A stretch of DNA of 64,000 bases from Candidatus Bathyarchaeia archaeon (GCA_049516875.1 JBEKSS010000007.1:32001-96000), one strand, 5' to 3'. Positions 18,317 through 28,828 are shown, counted from the stretch's first letter. The notes: generated by a model not told the origin, from the sequence alone. Translations and numbers: made by a program.

Positions 18317-20734
18317 ATGGTTGACGAGTTGTCTGCAGAAGAGCTGAGAAAAGAATGTAACTCCAACCTCATGCAATGTAAGACCACACAAGGGTTGATG
18401 CCTCTTCAAGAGATTATCGGCCAAGAAAGGGCTGTCAGAGCACTCAAATTCGGACTGGGCATCAAGGAAATCGGGTTTAACATATATGTTGCTGGCTTCC
18501 CCGGAACAGGCAGAACAACGGCTGTAAAGAGCTTTCTAGAAGAAGTGGCCCGAACAGGTCCGGTTCCCTCTGACTGGTGCTATGTGAATAACTTTCGCAA
18601 CTCCTATGAGCCCAAAGCCATGAAGCTCCCTGCTGGCAAAGGGAGACACTTTCGAGATGACATGGCCACTTTCATCAGTGAAACACAGAGGATTCTACCG
18701 AAATCTTTTGAAAGCGAGGACTACGGCACAAGAAGGGCGGCTACCATCAGGGCTGTTGAGGAGGAAAGACAAAAACTCATCGCTCAACTGGCGAAACGGG
18801 CCCAAGAAGAGGGCTTCCTCTTGAAGGCGTCACCCGTGGGTTGGCTTATGATTCCAGTGATCAAAGGAAAACCTGTGAACGATCAAGAATTCATAGCGTT
18901 AGACCCGAAAACCCGCGAAGGAATCGAGAAGAAAAGAGAGCAGCTGACCGACCAATTCAAAAGTGCCATGGGGCAACTCAGAGAATTGGAAGGAAAAGCC
19001 GACGAAGATCTCAAGAGACTGAATCGTGAAGTTGCCCTTTTCGCCATTGGACATATCATGGCTGACTTAAAAGAGGAGTACAAGGATTTCCCAGATGTGA
19101 TTGCCTACATTGACGAGGTGCAGAATGACATTTTGGCCAGGCTGTCACAGTTCATAAAGGGTCCTGAAGAGTCTCCAACAGTTCCTTTTCCAACTCATTG
19201 GATGAGGGAGGCCCCGTTCAAAAAATATGAAGTGAACCTTATCGTTGATAACTCGGGCGTCAGTGGAGCCCCCGTAGTCATGGAGTTCAACCCCACGTAT
19301 CAAAATCTCCTCGGTAGAGTAGAGAAGGAAGCTCAGTTTGGCGCCCTCGTTACCGATTTCACCATGATCCGCGGCGGATCGTTGCACAAGGCTAACGGTG
19401 GATATCTAATTCTTCCAGTTGAAGAGTTGCTTCGCAACCCTTTCTCCTATGACGGTTTGAAAAGAGCCCTCAGACACGAGCACATAGTTATCGAAGAGGC
19501 AGAAGAGAGTCTAGGTTTCATTACGACAAAGAGCTTGAAACCTGAGCCAATTCCTCTAAACACTAAGGTCATCCTCATCGGAGACCCCTACCTCTACCAG
19601 CAATTGTACGTCTTGGACATGGATTTCAACCAACTCTTCAAGGTTAAGGCAGACTTTGACACAACCATGGACTGGACAGAAGAAAACATACAACAATACG
19701 CGGCTTTCGTCTGTACGCTATGCCAAAAAGAGAGCCTGAAGCACCTTGACGGCTCAGGCTTGGCCAAATTGATTGAACACAGTTCAAGACTGGCTGAGGA
19801 CCAACAGAAACTTTCCACTCGGTTCGCCGAGGTCGCCGATGTCATTCGTGAAGCCAACTTCTACGCCGCCCAAGAGAACTCTGAATTCGTTACCGGAACT
19901 CACGTGAAGAAAGCCATCGAAGAGAAGGTCTACCGTTCAAAACTCATTCAAGAGCAGATTCAAGAGATGATAAAGAGAGGAATCCTGCTCATCGACACAG
20001 ACACAGAAAATGTGGGACAAGTGAACGGTCTATCCGTGATAGACTTGGGTGACTTTGCCTTTGGCAGTCCTTCGCGCGTAACGGCCACTGTGGGCCTCGG
20101 CCGAGAAGGAGTCATCGACATTGAACGGGAAGCCAAAACAGGAGGACCTATCCACACCAAGGGAGTTCTGATTCTAAGCGGGTACCTAAACGAGAAGTAT
20201 GCGCAGGATAAGCCGCTTAGTCTGTCAGCCCGTCTCGTTTTTGAACAGAACTATGGGGGAGTGGAAGGTGACAGCGCCTCAAGCACGGAACTCTACGCCA
20301 TCCTGTCCGCCCTTTCTGAGCTGCCTATAAAGCAAAGCCTTGCCGTCACTGGCTCCGTGAACCAGAAAGGCGAGGTTCAAGCCATCGGCGGGGTGAACGA
20401 AAAAATCGAAGGCTTCTTTGAGGTTTGCAAAGCCAAAGGCTTCACTGGCAAACAAGGAGCGATGATACCGCAAAGCAACGTGCAAAACCTGATGCTGAAG
20501 GAGGAAATAGTGGAGGCCGTCAAGGAAGGAAAATTCCATATCTACTCCGTTAAAACCATTGACGAAGGAATAGAAATCCTAACCGGAATCAAAGCCGGCG
20601 CAAGGCAGAATGACGGAACCTTTGAAAAAGAAACCGTGAACTACAGAGCAGACAAACGCCTCAGAGAAATGGCTGAAAAACTTCGAGAATTCCCACAGTT
20701 TTCCGTGGAAGAGAAGAAAAAAAGTGAGAGTTAA
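18317..20734 (+). CDS. Lon-like protease, LonC/AAA_32 type (soluble)
   Basis: IIGQERA, variant Walker A GFPGTGRTT, coiled-coil insert, GSLHKANGG, Ser-Lys dyad GDSASST...GGVNEKIEG; no TM insert. Confidence 0.9.
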   Translation: MVDELSAEELRKECNSNLMQCKTTQGLMPLQEIIGQERAVRALKFGLGIKEIGFNIYVAGFPGTGRTTAVKSFLEEVARTGPVPSDWCYVNNFRNSYEPKAMKLPAGKGRHFRDDMATFISETQRILPKSFESEDYGTRRAATIRAVEEERQKLIAQLAKRAQEEGFLLKASPVGWLMIPVIKGKPVNDQEFIALDPKTREGIEKKREQLTDQFKSAMGQLRELEGKADEDLKRLNREVALFAIGHIMADLKEEYKDFPDVIAYIDEVQNDILARLSQFIKGPEESPTVPFPTHWMREAPFKKYEVNLIVDNSGVSGAPVVMEFNPTYQNLLGRVEKEAQFGALVTDFTMIRGGSLHKANGGYLILPVEELLRNPFSYDGLKRALRHEHIVIEEAEESLGFITTKSLKPEPIPLNTKVILIGDPYLYQQLYVLDMDFNQLFKVKADFDTTMDWTEENIQQYAAFVCTLCQKESLKHLDGSGLAKLIEHSSRLAEDQQKLSTRFAEVADVIREANFYAAQENSEFVTGTHVKKAIEEKVYRSKLIQEQIQEMIKRGILLIDTDTENVGQVNGLSVIDLGDFAFGSPSRVTATVGLGREGVIDIEREAKTGGPIHTKGVLILSGYLNEKYAQDKPLSLSARLVFEQNYGGVEGDSASSTELYAILSALSELPIKQSLAVTGSVNQKGEVQAIGGVNEKIEGFFEVCKAKGFTGKQGAMIPQSNVQNLMLKEEIVEAVKEGKFHIYSVKTIDEGIEILTGIKAGARQNDGTFEKETVNYRADKRLREMAEKLREFPQFSVEEKKKSES

Positions 20735-20974
20735 CCGAAACTCGTCTCCGTGGATGATGCGCGCACGGCACAATCTTGGCTGCTAACCCAATTGGCCTTG
20801 GCGTGGCTACAATCATCATAGAGGTGTGATGCTCCTCAAAGGATGATCTAGAAATAACGGCGAGGCCATGTGCACTAGGCGATGCGTATTCGTCAACACA
20901 GACGGCATGAAGTTGGGGCATCTGTCTATCAATTTGTTTCGCAAGATCACGCTTGGGATTATCTAATCGTCTAA

Positions 20975-21787
20975 TTACCGACTTCGTTCCAGTGCTTTTT
21001 CCACGGCTTCTCGTATCGTGAAGCCGCCAAGGTGAAGTATCGGCTCTTTCGATTCAGGATCAACACCCATCGTTGCGGTGCATGGGTAACTATGGTGGGC
21101 TTTTGCGATCGCATCATAGAGAGTTTCTTTCTCTGTTTCCACTCCGGTCAGTTTTCTTGCGACGTACCATGTTGAGCCGCACGGTGCGCTTCGTCTGACC
21201 ACTGCAGCCTCTATCACCTCGCACTTGCCTTTCTTCGCAGTCGAAATTTCTAACACAGGTTTCCCGATCCTTAATTCGGTAACGCACCTCGAAATCGTAG
21301 GTTTGTTCTCAGAAGGTTCCAGCGAACAGAAGGGTTTCGGGAAGGCGCTTTCAAGACCAAGCTCTTGACATTTTTCCTCCACCTGCCTCCTCAAGCCAGC
21401 GGGGACCTCCACAAAATCTTCTATGGGCACGATGAGCCCCTTCACCCCTGCTCCGTGCAATCTGTTCGGCAACTCCAACAGCAAATCTTTGTGCAGCCCA
21501 GATGCTACGCACAAGTCTGCTTTCGGAATTTTCTTAGGCATATGTTCATCGGCGTTGTCGATGAAGGCTGGAAGTTTCGCGGGACCTGGCAGTTCCATCG
21601 CTGCTTTTACGTTCTGAACGTGAGTGTAGGCGCCGTACTTGCAGGAATCACAGTACAGTCCGCACGGTTTGCAGAAGCTTGGATCGTTGATGAGGTTCCT
21701 TATCACGCGTTCTGCAAATTCTCCGCTGTAAACGAAAACCAGAGCTAAAGCTTTCTCTTTGCCCGAGGGGTTCAAGCTTTTTTCCAC
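20975..21787 (-). CDS. DUF166 family protein
   Basis: CKPCGLYCDSC, PKPFCSL, RSAPCGSTW, HHSYPCTA. Confidence 0.8.
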   Translation of the reverse strand: MEKSLNPSGKEKALALVFVYSGEFAERVIRNLINDPSFCKPCGLYCDSCKYGAYTHVQNVKAAMELPGPAKLPAFIDNADEHMPKKIPKADLCVASGLHKDLLLELPNRLHGAGVKGLIVPIEDFVEVPAGLRRQVEEKCQELGLESAFPKPFCSLEPSENKPTISRCVTELRIGKPVLEISTAKKGKCEVIEAAVVRRSAPCGSTWYVARKLTGVETEKETLYDAIAKAHHSYPCTATMGVDPESKEPILHLGGFTIREAVEKALERSR

Positions 21788-21897
21788 ATGAAAATTTTAC
21801 GCAGGCCACATTCTTTACGCTTTCCCTTTCAGCGTGAGTAGCGTCCTGACCATGCTTCGTTGCTGTGAAAACGAGCAATAGCGTCAAGACCAGTTCT

Positions 21898-22377
21898 TCA
21901 CGGCGCCTTCCTCTTGAGTCGTTTAAGGTAGTCTTCGGGTTCGGGAAAGACTTCTTTGACTTTCTCAAAGCGTTTTCTCGTGTTGATCTTGTTTTGTTGA
22001 GTTATGAAGTCTCTTGGTTTGCTGAAGGCTTCGACTTGACCAGTTGGTCTTTTTCTCGTGATTTTTATGCAGTCATCAACTATGCAGCTCAGAACGCATG
22101 CTCCGCAGTATATGCAGAGCTCTTCTGTCAGTCCGATTTCCCCCGCTTTCCAGAATAAGGCATTCGTTGGGCATGCTTTTATGCAGAGTTTGCATTCGAC
22201 GCCGTGACAAATCCTCTTGTTGATGGTTATGCTTCCTTCAACAAAGAAGTCTTTCGCGCCTAAAGGTGCGAGAAGCTCCTCCCTTCTTTTCTTCTTCTCT
22301 TTTTCGCCAACACTCTCTAAGAGTTCGAATATGTCCACGCCGGAAGACTTCTCGCCTTTCTTGGGCATCTGTTTCAT
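21898..22377 (-). CDS. 4Fe-4S dicluster ferredoxin-domain protein
   Basis: CHGVECKLCIKACP and CIYCGACVLSC. Confidence 0.9.
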   Translation of the reverse strand: MKQMPKKGEKSSGVDIFELLESVGEKEKKKRREELLAPLGAKDFFVEGSITINKRICHGVECKLCIKACPTNALFWKAGEIGLTEELCIYCGACVLSCIVDDCIKITRKRPTGQVEAFSKPRDFITQQNKINTRKRFEKVKEVFPEPEDYLKRLKRKAP

Positions 22378-22648
22378 CTTACACTAGTGGTCATCGAAAC
22401 GTTTGTTAGACTTATGAATTATAACTATCAGATCTTAACCCTAAATGCGCATTGGTCCGCGGCCATGAGCATCGTATGACGGCAAGAATGGGAGATTCTC
22501 CAAATCATCATCGGTTTGCCCCTTTCCTTCAATTTTTCCCTAGCACAATCGATACAGACTCATGTGTTTGTGCCGTGTTTTTTCAAATAAGAAAGAGCAA
22601 GTGTTTTATATGAAGTGTGGGAATCTGAAAGAACCAAACAGGTGAGAT

Positions 22649-23656
22649 TTGATGTCTGACAAAGTTGGTGTCGCTGTCGTTGGAGTAGGGTTCGTGGGCG
22701 GGCAGGCACACGTACCCAGTTTCAAGAAGATCGAGGGCTCAGAACTTGTTGCTCTGGGAGCCACCACCGAGAAACGGGTAAAGCCTCTTGCTGAACAGTA
22801 CGGTGTCAAGTACTATTTGGATTACGACAAACTCTTGGAAGACCCAAAGATTCAGGCAGTGGCCCTGGCGGTTCCTACGCCTATGCATTTCGATTTAGCT
22901 ATGAAAGCAATCAAAAAAGGCAAGCACGTTCTTTGTGAGATGCCCCTTGCCGCAACCATAGATAAGGTCAAAGAACTTCAGAAGGCCGCTGAAAATGCCA
23001 AGGTGATTCTGATGCCTGTTCTTCAGTTCCGATTTGCACCTATATACACCAGGACAAAAGAAATGATAGAATCCGGCTTGATCGGCAAGCCGATAGCTTT
23101 TCACTTCCGTGAATTCATACCCGCTTCAAGCATCGCCGAGCAATGGCCAGCAGGATCTTGGGCTTGGAACATCGAAAAAAGTGGGGGGTACCCTGACTTC
23201 ACCCTTTCCGTCTGGTCTATAGACATGTTCAGATGGCTGTTCAAGAGCGAAATAGAAAACGTCCAATGGATGGCAAACTACCCCAAATTTGAGAAATACG
23301 GAGGAATATTGGGCTACAACACGATGGGCGTAGTAAAACTCTCAAACGGCGCCGTGGGTTCACTTCATTACAGTGCATCAGTAACGCCGTCGGCAAGCAC
23401 CAGCAGACTGGAGGTCTACGGCGACAACACAAACGTTATCCACGCCATCTGGTTCAACAAGCTACTCCTATACGGGTCAGGTCAACAACCGCAAGAATGG
23501 GATTTAGACGTCAAAGGCACCAGAGTCTGGGGACACCGTCAACTGGACGAACACTTCATAGACTGCGTCCTCCACAACAAGAAACCCCAAGTGACGGCTG
23601 AAGACGCCATAAAAGCCGAAGAAGTTGCACTGAAAATAGTGAAAAACATAAGGTAG
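22649..23656 (+). CDS. Gfo/Idh/MocA family oxidoreductase
   Basis: VAVVGVGFVG, AVPTPMH, KHVLCEMP. Confidence 0.92.
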   Translation: MMSDKVGVAVVGVGFVGGQAHVPSFKKIEGSELVALGATTEKRVKPLAEQYGVKYYLDYDKLLEDPKIQAVALAVPTPMHFDLAMKAIKKGKHVLCEMPLAATIDKVKELQKAAENAKVILMPVLQFRFAPIYTRTKEMIESGLIGKPIAFHFREFIPASSIAEQWPAGSWAWNIEKSGGYPDFTLSVWSIDMFRWLFKSEIENVQWMANYPKFEKYGGILGYNTMGVVKLSNGAVGSLHYSASVTPSASTSRLEVYGDNTNVIHAIWFNKLLLYGSGQQPQEWDLDVKGTRVWGHRQLDEHFIDCVLHNKKPQVTAEDAIKAEEVALKIVKNIR

Positions 23657-23770
23657 GACCGCAGTCGGCCAAAACTCTTCCCGTATCGGGTGAGACCGAC
23701 AATCCAATATTCTTCCAAAGAAGAAGTTTATAGCCAAGTCAACCTTTTTCTCTCTAGGTGGTAGAGAAGT

Positions 23771-23950
23771 ATGTGCGAATTCAAGGTGATTCTTAACGGA
23801 GAAACGGTGTTTAAAGACGTCGTCTACGCCAAGGTCAAAGGCAACAGTGTAAGCGTCAAAGACATCCTTGGGCAATCTAAAGAATTCAAGAACTGCAAAA
23901 TACTAGAAGTCGATGTGAACTCTACGCGTTTAGTCCTTTCAAGCCCTTAG
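23771..23950 (+). CDS. cooT: CooT family nickel-binding protein (not in ORF track)
   Basis: 59 aa MCEFKVILNGETVFKDVVYAKVKGNSVSVKDILGQSKEFKNCKILEVDVNSTRLVLSSP; Cys2 and DILG motif. Confidence 0.85.
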   Translation: MCEFKVILNGETVFKDVVYAKVKGNSVSVKDILGQSKEFKNCKILEVDVNSTRLVLSSP

Positions 23951-24053
23951 AAATGGATTGAGAGCAAACTCTGATGACGTAAACGATGCTTTACCGAGAC
24001 GTAGACTAAACAACCTCTAGCGGTCGGTCAAGGAAAAGAATGAGCGATTGCAC

Positions 24054-26030
24054 TTACCACCTTTGAAGCCGCTTTTCCTTCTCTAACAAGATGGTGGCAA
24101 TCAGAGCTGAAGCCATGAATGCTGCCAGTGAAATGGTGGCCAGTGGGAATTCTGGAACCACGGTAACTGGATAGCTTAACGTACAGATGTTGTTTTGCAC
24201 GTTTGTTTCTCCTGGAACTGTGCCTGCGACAGCTTTCAGGGTGTGGTCCGCGAAGGATATTCCAGTAGTGTTCCATTCAAAAGTCAAAATCTGCGAATCG
24301 CTAGCGTTAAGGGTCAGGGACTGAAGGCCCACTTCTGCAGAATCGCAGTATAGGGTTACGTTGAATGTTTCGGTATAGTTGCCGAGGTTCGACACTGTCA
24401 CGTTGATTGGTGCAGTCTGATTTTGCTCTATCATAGTTGCGCTTGGCACAATGTTGATGGCAGCCACGTCGTGTAATGGTACGTTGACGTAGAAGACTTT
24501 CGTGTCCGTCACGTTTGCAGTCCCGTTGCCGTCAAAAAAGTATATTTTCCAAGCTATTGCCGCGGAGGTGATTGTGTTGTTGCACCAGACAAACTTCGCC
24601 GTCACCCACGTGTTCGAAGCATCTCCAAGATACTGGGGCTGTGTCAAGGGCCATCTAACATATTCGACGCCCTGCTCTGAGACGCTTGTGTGAACTTGGT
24701 TGTGGCAGAACATGGGCCAATCCCCAGAGCCAGGGCCTATCTTGAAAGCGTAGAGTCCTGCATCGTTTGTGATGAACACGCAACCATCGCCGATGCTGGG
24801 ACTTCCAAAGCCAGTACTCTGCAATGTGTAGGACCAGAGTACGCCGCCATCAGTTTCGTTTATTGCGTAGAACGTTCCGTTCAAGGCTTGACAGTAGATG
24901 GCGCCGGCGGCAGATGCTGGACTGCAGTACATGTAGTTTTGTAGGAATCCGTTGTGAAGCGGTACGGTCTGCCACAGTTCTATTCCTGTCGTTAGGTCGA
25001 AAGCCCACATTCTCCAATCGTTGCTGGGAATGAACACCTTGCCATCATGAACCAATGGAGTTGCTGTGCTTCCTTTCCCTTGAAATCGCCGAATAAACTG
25101 CCCGTTTGTTTCGTTCAGCACCAAAGTCGACCATAATCTTTCAGTTGCGTTGTATTCAACCTGAATTATCATTCCATCGTAGATTACAGGCGACGTGTCC
25201 CATGAGCTTCCATACGTTTGATTCCAGACTTGCTTTCCTGTCGTTGCGTTGAATGCGTACTGGGCTGGTGGATTGTAAACTGAAATGAAGACCATGTCGC
25301 TGTCATAGGCTACGGAGCCTATGATGTTTCCTATGTCTTGACGCCACACTACGTCCCCAGTGGTCTTATTCAAAGCATAGACTCCGCAGCCAGTTGTGTA
25401 GTAAGACGTGTTGTAGCAAGATGTCGTGTAGTACACATATTCGCCGTTAACTAGCGGCGACCCAACCCAAGTGTTGTTGTTTGGCTCTATGAAATTCCAG
25501 ATATCTTCTCCATTCGTCCTGTTCAGTGCCATGGCTCTCGCTGAGGGCGTGGGTTCTCCGTATACTCCCATACATTCTCCAACGTAAACAACATCGCCAT
25601 CTATGCATGGAGACCCATCACATTGCCTGACCGTTGTGTTCCAAATTATGACGCCGTTCGAGGCGTTTACTGCGTAAAGGTGGTTGTCTCCTTTGGAAGG
25701 AGCGTAGAGTACGCCATCTCTGTAAGTCGCTGTGCCAAAGTTGTCAAACCCGAAGACAGCGTCCTGCATCCACAGAAGTGCACTTGTCGTCTCATTTTTC
25801 CAAGTTCCAGTTTCATTCGTTGAAAGAACAGCTTGGTGTAAAGAAAAAGCGTCCGACCCATCTGCTTGAAGACTGACATATCCGCCTTGCGGAATCACCA
25901 TCGCGTCTTGCTTCTGTTCTCTCCATTGTGGAGTGTCGCCTGTGCTCCCGCGAACTCTCACACTGGTAGCATACAATCCAATAATTGACAGGAAAATTAC
26001 GGCGGACAACATGACAAAACGCTTGCGCAT
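24054..26030 (-). CDS. Secreted PQQ-like beta-propeller protein with CARDB/Ig domain and PEF-CTERM tail
   Basis: Signal peptide; repeated YAxNxxxGxxxW blades; HDVAAINI...VSNLGNYTETFNV; VPEFP + TM + basic tail. Confidence 0.88.
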   Translation of the reverse strand: MRKRFVMLSAVIFLSIIGLYATSVRVRGSTGDTPQWREQKQDAMVIPQGGYVSLQADGSDAFSLHQAVLSTNETGTWKNETTSALLWMQDAVFGFDNFGTATYRDGVLYAPSKGDNHLYAVNASNGVIIWNTTVRQCDGSPCIDGDVVYVGECMGVYGEPTPSARAMALNRTNGEDIWNFIEPNNNTWVGSPLVNGEYVYYTTSCYNTSYYTTGCGVYALNKTTGDVVWRQDIGNIIGSVAYDSDMVFISVYNPPAQYAFNATTGKQVWNQTYGSSWDTSPVIYDGMIIQVEYNATERLWSTLVLNETNGQFIRRFQGKGSTATPLVHDGKVFIPSNDWRMWAFDLTTGIELWQTVPLHNGFLQNYMYCSPASAAGAIYCQALNGTFYAINETDGGVLWSYTLQSTGFGSPSIGDGCVFITNDAGLYAFKIGPGSGDWPMFCHNQVHTSVSEQGVEYVRWPLTQPQYLGDASNTWVTAKFVWCNNTITSAAIAWKIYFFDGNGTANVTDTKVFYVNVPLHDVAAINIVPSATMIEQNQTAPINVTVSNLGNYTETFNVTLYCDSAEVGLQSLTLNASDSQILTFEWNTTGISFADHTLKAVAGTVPGETNVQNNICTLSYPVTVVPEFPLATISLAAFMASALIATILLEKEKRLQRW

Positions 26031-26117
26031 ACTTCAATCTCTCCGACATCTCTTGATTTAATCAGGAATTTAAGTCTGTCGCTAGTTCATTTTTGTCTTA
26101 GCTTCCTTTTAGGGTCG

Positions 26118-26954
26118 TTACAGGAAGAGCAAAATGATAAGTGGTAAAAGGCCTAGCAACACTGGGAAGGGCAATCCTGGAAACATGCCTCTTTTTTCCA
26201 GCATCTTGAAGACTAGGAAAACCCCAACTAGAACGCCTATTGCTGAGGCAGCGCAGAAGATTGGACCAGCGTTTGCGAGAACCAGACCTGTAAGCATCGA
26301 ATAGAACGTAAGGTCACCCAGCCCCATTTGAACATCTCTGAAAGAGAAACTTAATCCGCGAAGTTCTTCAAGTCCGCGTTGAGCTATCTTTCCCACAGGA
26401 CCGCGGTAAACAGCAAATACATCATAAACAGCCAAGAAAGCCAGAATCAACACCGCACTTATGATAGGTATGAAAACTCCCAGAAACGCACCTAACGCAC
26501 CACCCAAAAGAAGAATCACCAGGTTGGAAATCTTTCCCTGAATCTTGAAGATTGCAAAATCCGCCAAGACCGTTACAGACGCAGACACTGCCAAAGTCAA
26601 GATCAAAGCAGTCGTGAAGGGTACGCCGAGCAAAGAGAATATCGCAAACAGATAGATAATTGAAAGCATGAGAACAGCAACTGTCAAGGCGAAGCCAGTG
26701 ATTAAGCTTATCAACCGCAGTTTCTTCCGTTTAATGAGTAGATACAACAGTGTCGCGCCGATTCCAGCAAGTATGACAAAGTAGAGTCCATTGCCGAGCG
26801 ATCCTACGCCTTCTGGGAAGGGCGTGACTTGGTAAAGGTTAGTATTTCCTTGCACAATCGATGTCCAGACCACGTAAGCACACAGTATCCCGAACACCAG
26901 GCTTCCTAGCACAGGCAACAATTGTATTGGTTCAGTCTTAAACTCGTTTCTCAA
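26118..26954 (-). CDS. Presenilin/SPP-like GxGD intramembrane aspartyl protease
   Basis: AVYDVFAV, MGLGDLTFYS, PGLPFP (PAL-like), multi-TM. Confidence 0.9.
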   Translation of the reverse strand: MRNEFKTEPIQLLPVLGSLVFGILCAYVVWTSIVQGNTNLYQVTPFPEGVGSLGNGLYFVILAGIGATLLYLLIKRKKLRLISLITGFALTVAVLMLSIIYLFAIFSLLGVPFTTALILTLAVSASVTVLADFAIFKIQGKISNLVILLLGGALGAFLGVFIPIISAVLILAFLAVYDVFAVYRGPVGKIAQRGLEELRGLSFSFRDVQMGLGDLTFYSMLTGLVLANAGPIFCAASAIGVLVGVFLVFKMLEKRGMFPGLPFPVLLGLLPLIILLFL

Positions 26955-27507
26955 GAACCTTACCCTTGTCCGCGGTTATCATCGTTTTCAAATAACATTT
27001 GTTGCAGAATAAGCTTTGCTTTCTGTCGGTTTCGAAGATGGAGTTGGAAAAATACATGACACAAAACGGGTTAGCACAATGTTTCAATCCTAGAGTGTGT
27101 CCAAGCTCATGAACTGCTTCTTTCGTTCCTCTTTCAGCAAGAACCTGATTGTCCTCGGCCTTTCCGTAAAACTCGGGTCTGAGTCTCCACAGCGATATGG
27201 CAGCTACTTTTCCAGGATATTCCGCTTCTCCAAAAATGAAATTGAGCTTGGGAACAAAAAGGTCAACGTCCACGATTCCTAGGATACGATCGAAGGAATT
27301 GTGCGTTTCACCGAAGTTGCGGATTGCGCCTAAGATGAACTCAGAACGGTATTGTTGTCTCGTCTTGGCGTAGGCTTCTTCAGGTATCGGCAAAGTTTCT
27401 GCGATTAAAGTGGTTTTTGTATTGGCAAAAATCGTGTCCAAGCCTTCTTGAATTCTGCTTATCACGCTAGAATCCACTTGTCCAACCCGCACTATTCCAA
27501 TTTTCAT
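26938..27507 (-). CDS. amzA: Archaemetzincin
   Basis: HELGHTLGLKHCANPFCVMYFS...CNKC, LNFIFG. Confidence 0.93.
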   Translation of the reverse strand: MKIGIVRVGQVDSSVISRIQEGLDTIFANTKTTLIAETLPIPEEAYAKTRQQYRSEFILGAIRNFGETHNSFDRILGIVDVDLFVPKLNFIFGEAEYPGKVAAISLWRLRPEFYGKAEDNQVLAERGTKEAVHELGHTLGLKHCANPFCVMYFSNSIFETDRKQSLFCNKCYLKTMITADKGKVLEKRV

Positions 27508-27520
27508 CTTTTCTTTCTCT

Positions 27521-28786
27521 CTAGATCTTGACAGTGTCCCCTGTTTTAGGCGCGACAGCTTCTAGACCCAGTTCATTTTTTGCCCATTTTGCCAGCAGTT
27601 CGCAGTTTCCTTCTGCCCCGTGAACCACGTAGACCTTCGGTTTTCCGCCAAGTCTACTGAGAGCTTCCCTAAGCTCGCCTGCTCCGCAGTGCGACGAGAA
27701 ATCGAAATGCTGCACTTGAGCTTTGACTTTCCGCATTTTTCCATCAATAACGCATATTCCTTTTTCCAGCAATTCCTTTCCCGGAGTGCCTGGAATCTGA
27801 TAGCTTACCAAGAAGATGGCGTTAGTTGATTTCTTTCCGATTTTCGAAGCATAGAACATGGCGGGTCCGCCTTTAAGCATGCCTGCCGGCGAAATTATCA
27901 CGCCCACCGTCTTTGCAGCTCTCCTCCGGTCCCTCCATCCTTCGACCCAGTTCGTAGAGTGCATGGCGTCAGCGAAGGTTCTCTCGTCTCTCAAAAACTG
28001 GGGGTAGTTCATCATTACCCTGCTAACTTCACGTGCCATCCCGTCAATTGTAACTGGGTACTCAAAATGATGAGCTGCCAAAACACACGCGAGTTCTTGT
28101 GATCTTCCAACTCCGAAAGCCGGGACAAGGACCGTGCCGCCTTTTTCCACAACGTCACTACATGTCTCCACAAACCTTTTTTCAAGTTCCTTGCGCTCAG
28201 TGTGCTCCTCATTGGCGTAAGTGCTTTCAATTATCACGGCATCTAGATCTTCATAGTCCATTTTCGCGCCTTCGAGAAGCCTTGTACTTACAATGTTGAA
28301 GTCTCCCGTGTACAGTAGTCTTTTTCCTTCAGCTTCAACGAGTGTTTGTACGCTCCCAGGGATGTGTCCGGCGTTCTTGAACTGGAATACTATGTCTCCA
28401 ACTCTCTGTTCAACGTTGAAATCCACATGTCTGCTGTTCTGTGTCATTGACTTGAGCTCAAGATACTCAAAAGGCAGGTAGTAGCTGGACAGGTGTATGA
28501 AATCTGATATCAACAACTGGTTCAGCTCCATGCTCAGCCTGTTCGTATACAAGGTTTTCTTGCCTTGGACGTAGAATATTGGAATGGCTCCTGAGTGATC
28601 TAGGTGACTATGTGATAGAATTATGGCGTCAACATCCTTAGGCGGTACGTGCATGGGGAACCCTGGCTCATGATTTAACATTGCACCATAATCCAGCAAA
28701 ATTTGTGTTTTCTCCGTTTTAACCGCGATTGCTATTCTGCCAACTTCCCGGGTTCCGCCCAAAAACCCTACCTGCAACTGTCCCAT
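27521..28786 (-). CDS. Beta-CASP metallo-beta-lactamase RNase (aCPSF2-like)
   Basis: HSHLDH, AGHIPGS, YTGD, IESTY, PAFGVGRSQE, FSSH, VHG; no KH domains. Confidence 0.92.
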   Translation of the reverse strand: MGQLQVGFLGGTREVGRIAIAVKTEKTQILLDYGAMLNHEPGFPMHVPPKDVDAIILSHSHLDHSGAIPIFYVQGKKTLYTNRLSMELNQLLISDFIHLSSYYLPFEYLELKSMTQNSRHVDFNVEQRVGDIVFQFKNAGHIPGSVQTLVEAEGKRLLYTGDFNIVSTRLLEGAKMDYEDLDAVIIESTYANEEHTERKELEKRFVETCSDVVEKGGTVLVPAFGVGRSQELACVLAAHHFEYPVTIDGMAREVSRVMMNYPQFLRDERTFADAMHSTNWVEGWRDRRRAAKTVGVIISPAGMLKGGPAMFYASKIGKKSTNAIFLVSYQIPGTPGKELLEKGICVIDGKMRKVKAQVQHFDFSSHCGAGELREALSRLGGKPKVYVVHGAEGNCELLAKWAKNELGLEAVAPKTGDTVKI

Positions 28787-28828
28787 TTCTTTTCATCCGC
28801 CAGTTCATTATTCATGCTTTGCGCTCTT

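Noticed and set aside
23971-24010. Hammerhead ribozyme or C/D-box sRNA (CTGATGA + GTAAA/TTTAC stem)
   Set aside because: GAGA instead of GAAA, no closing G-C pair, no stems I/III and no terminal CTGA D box.
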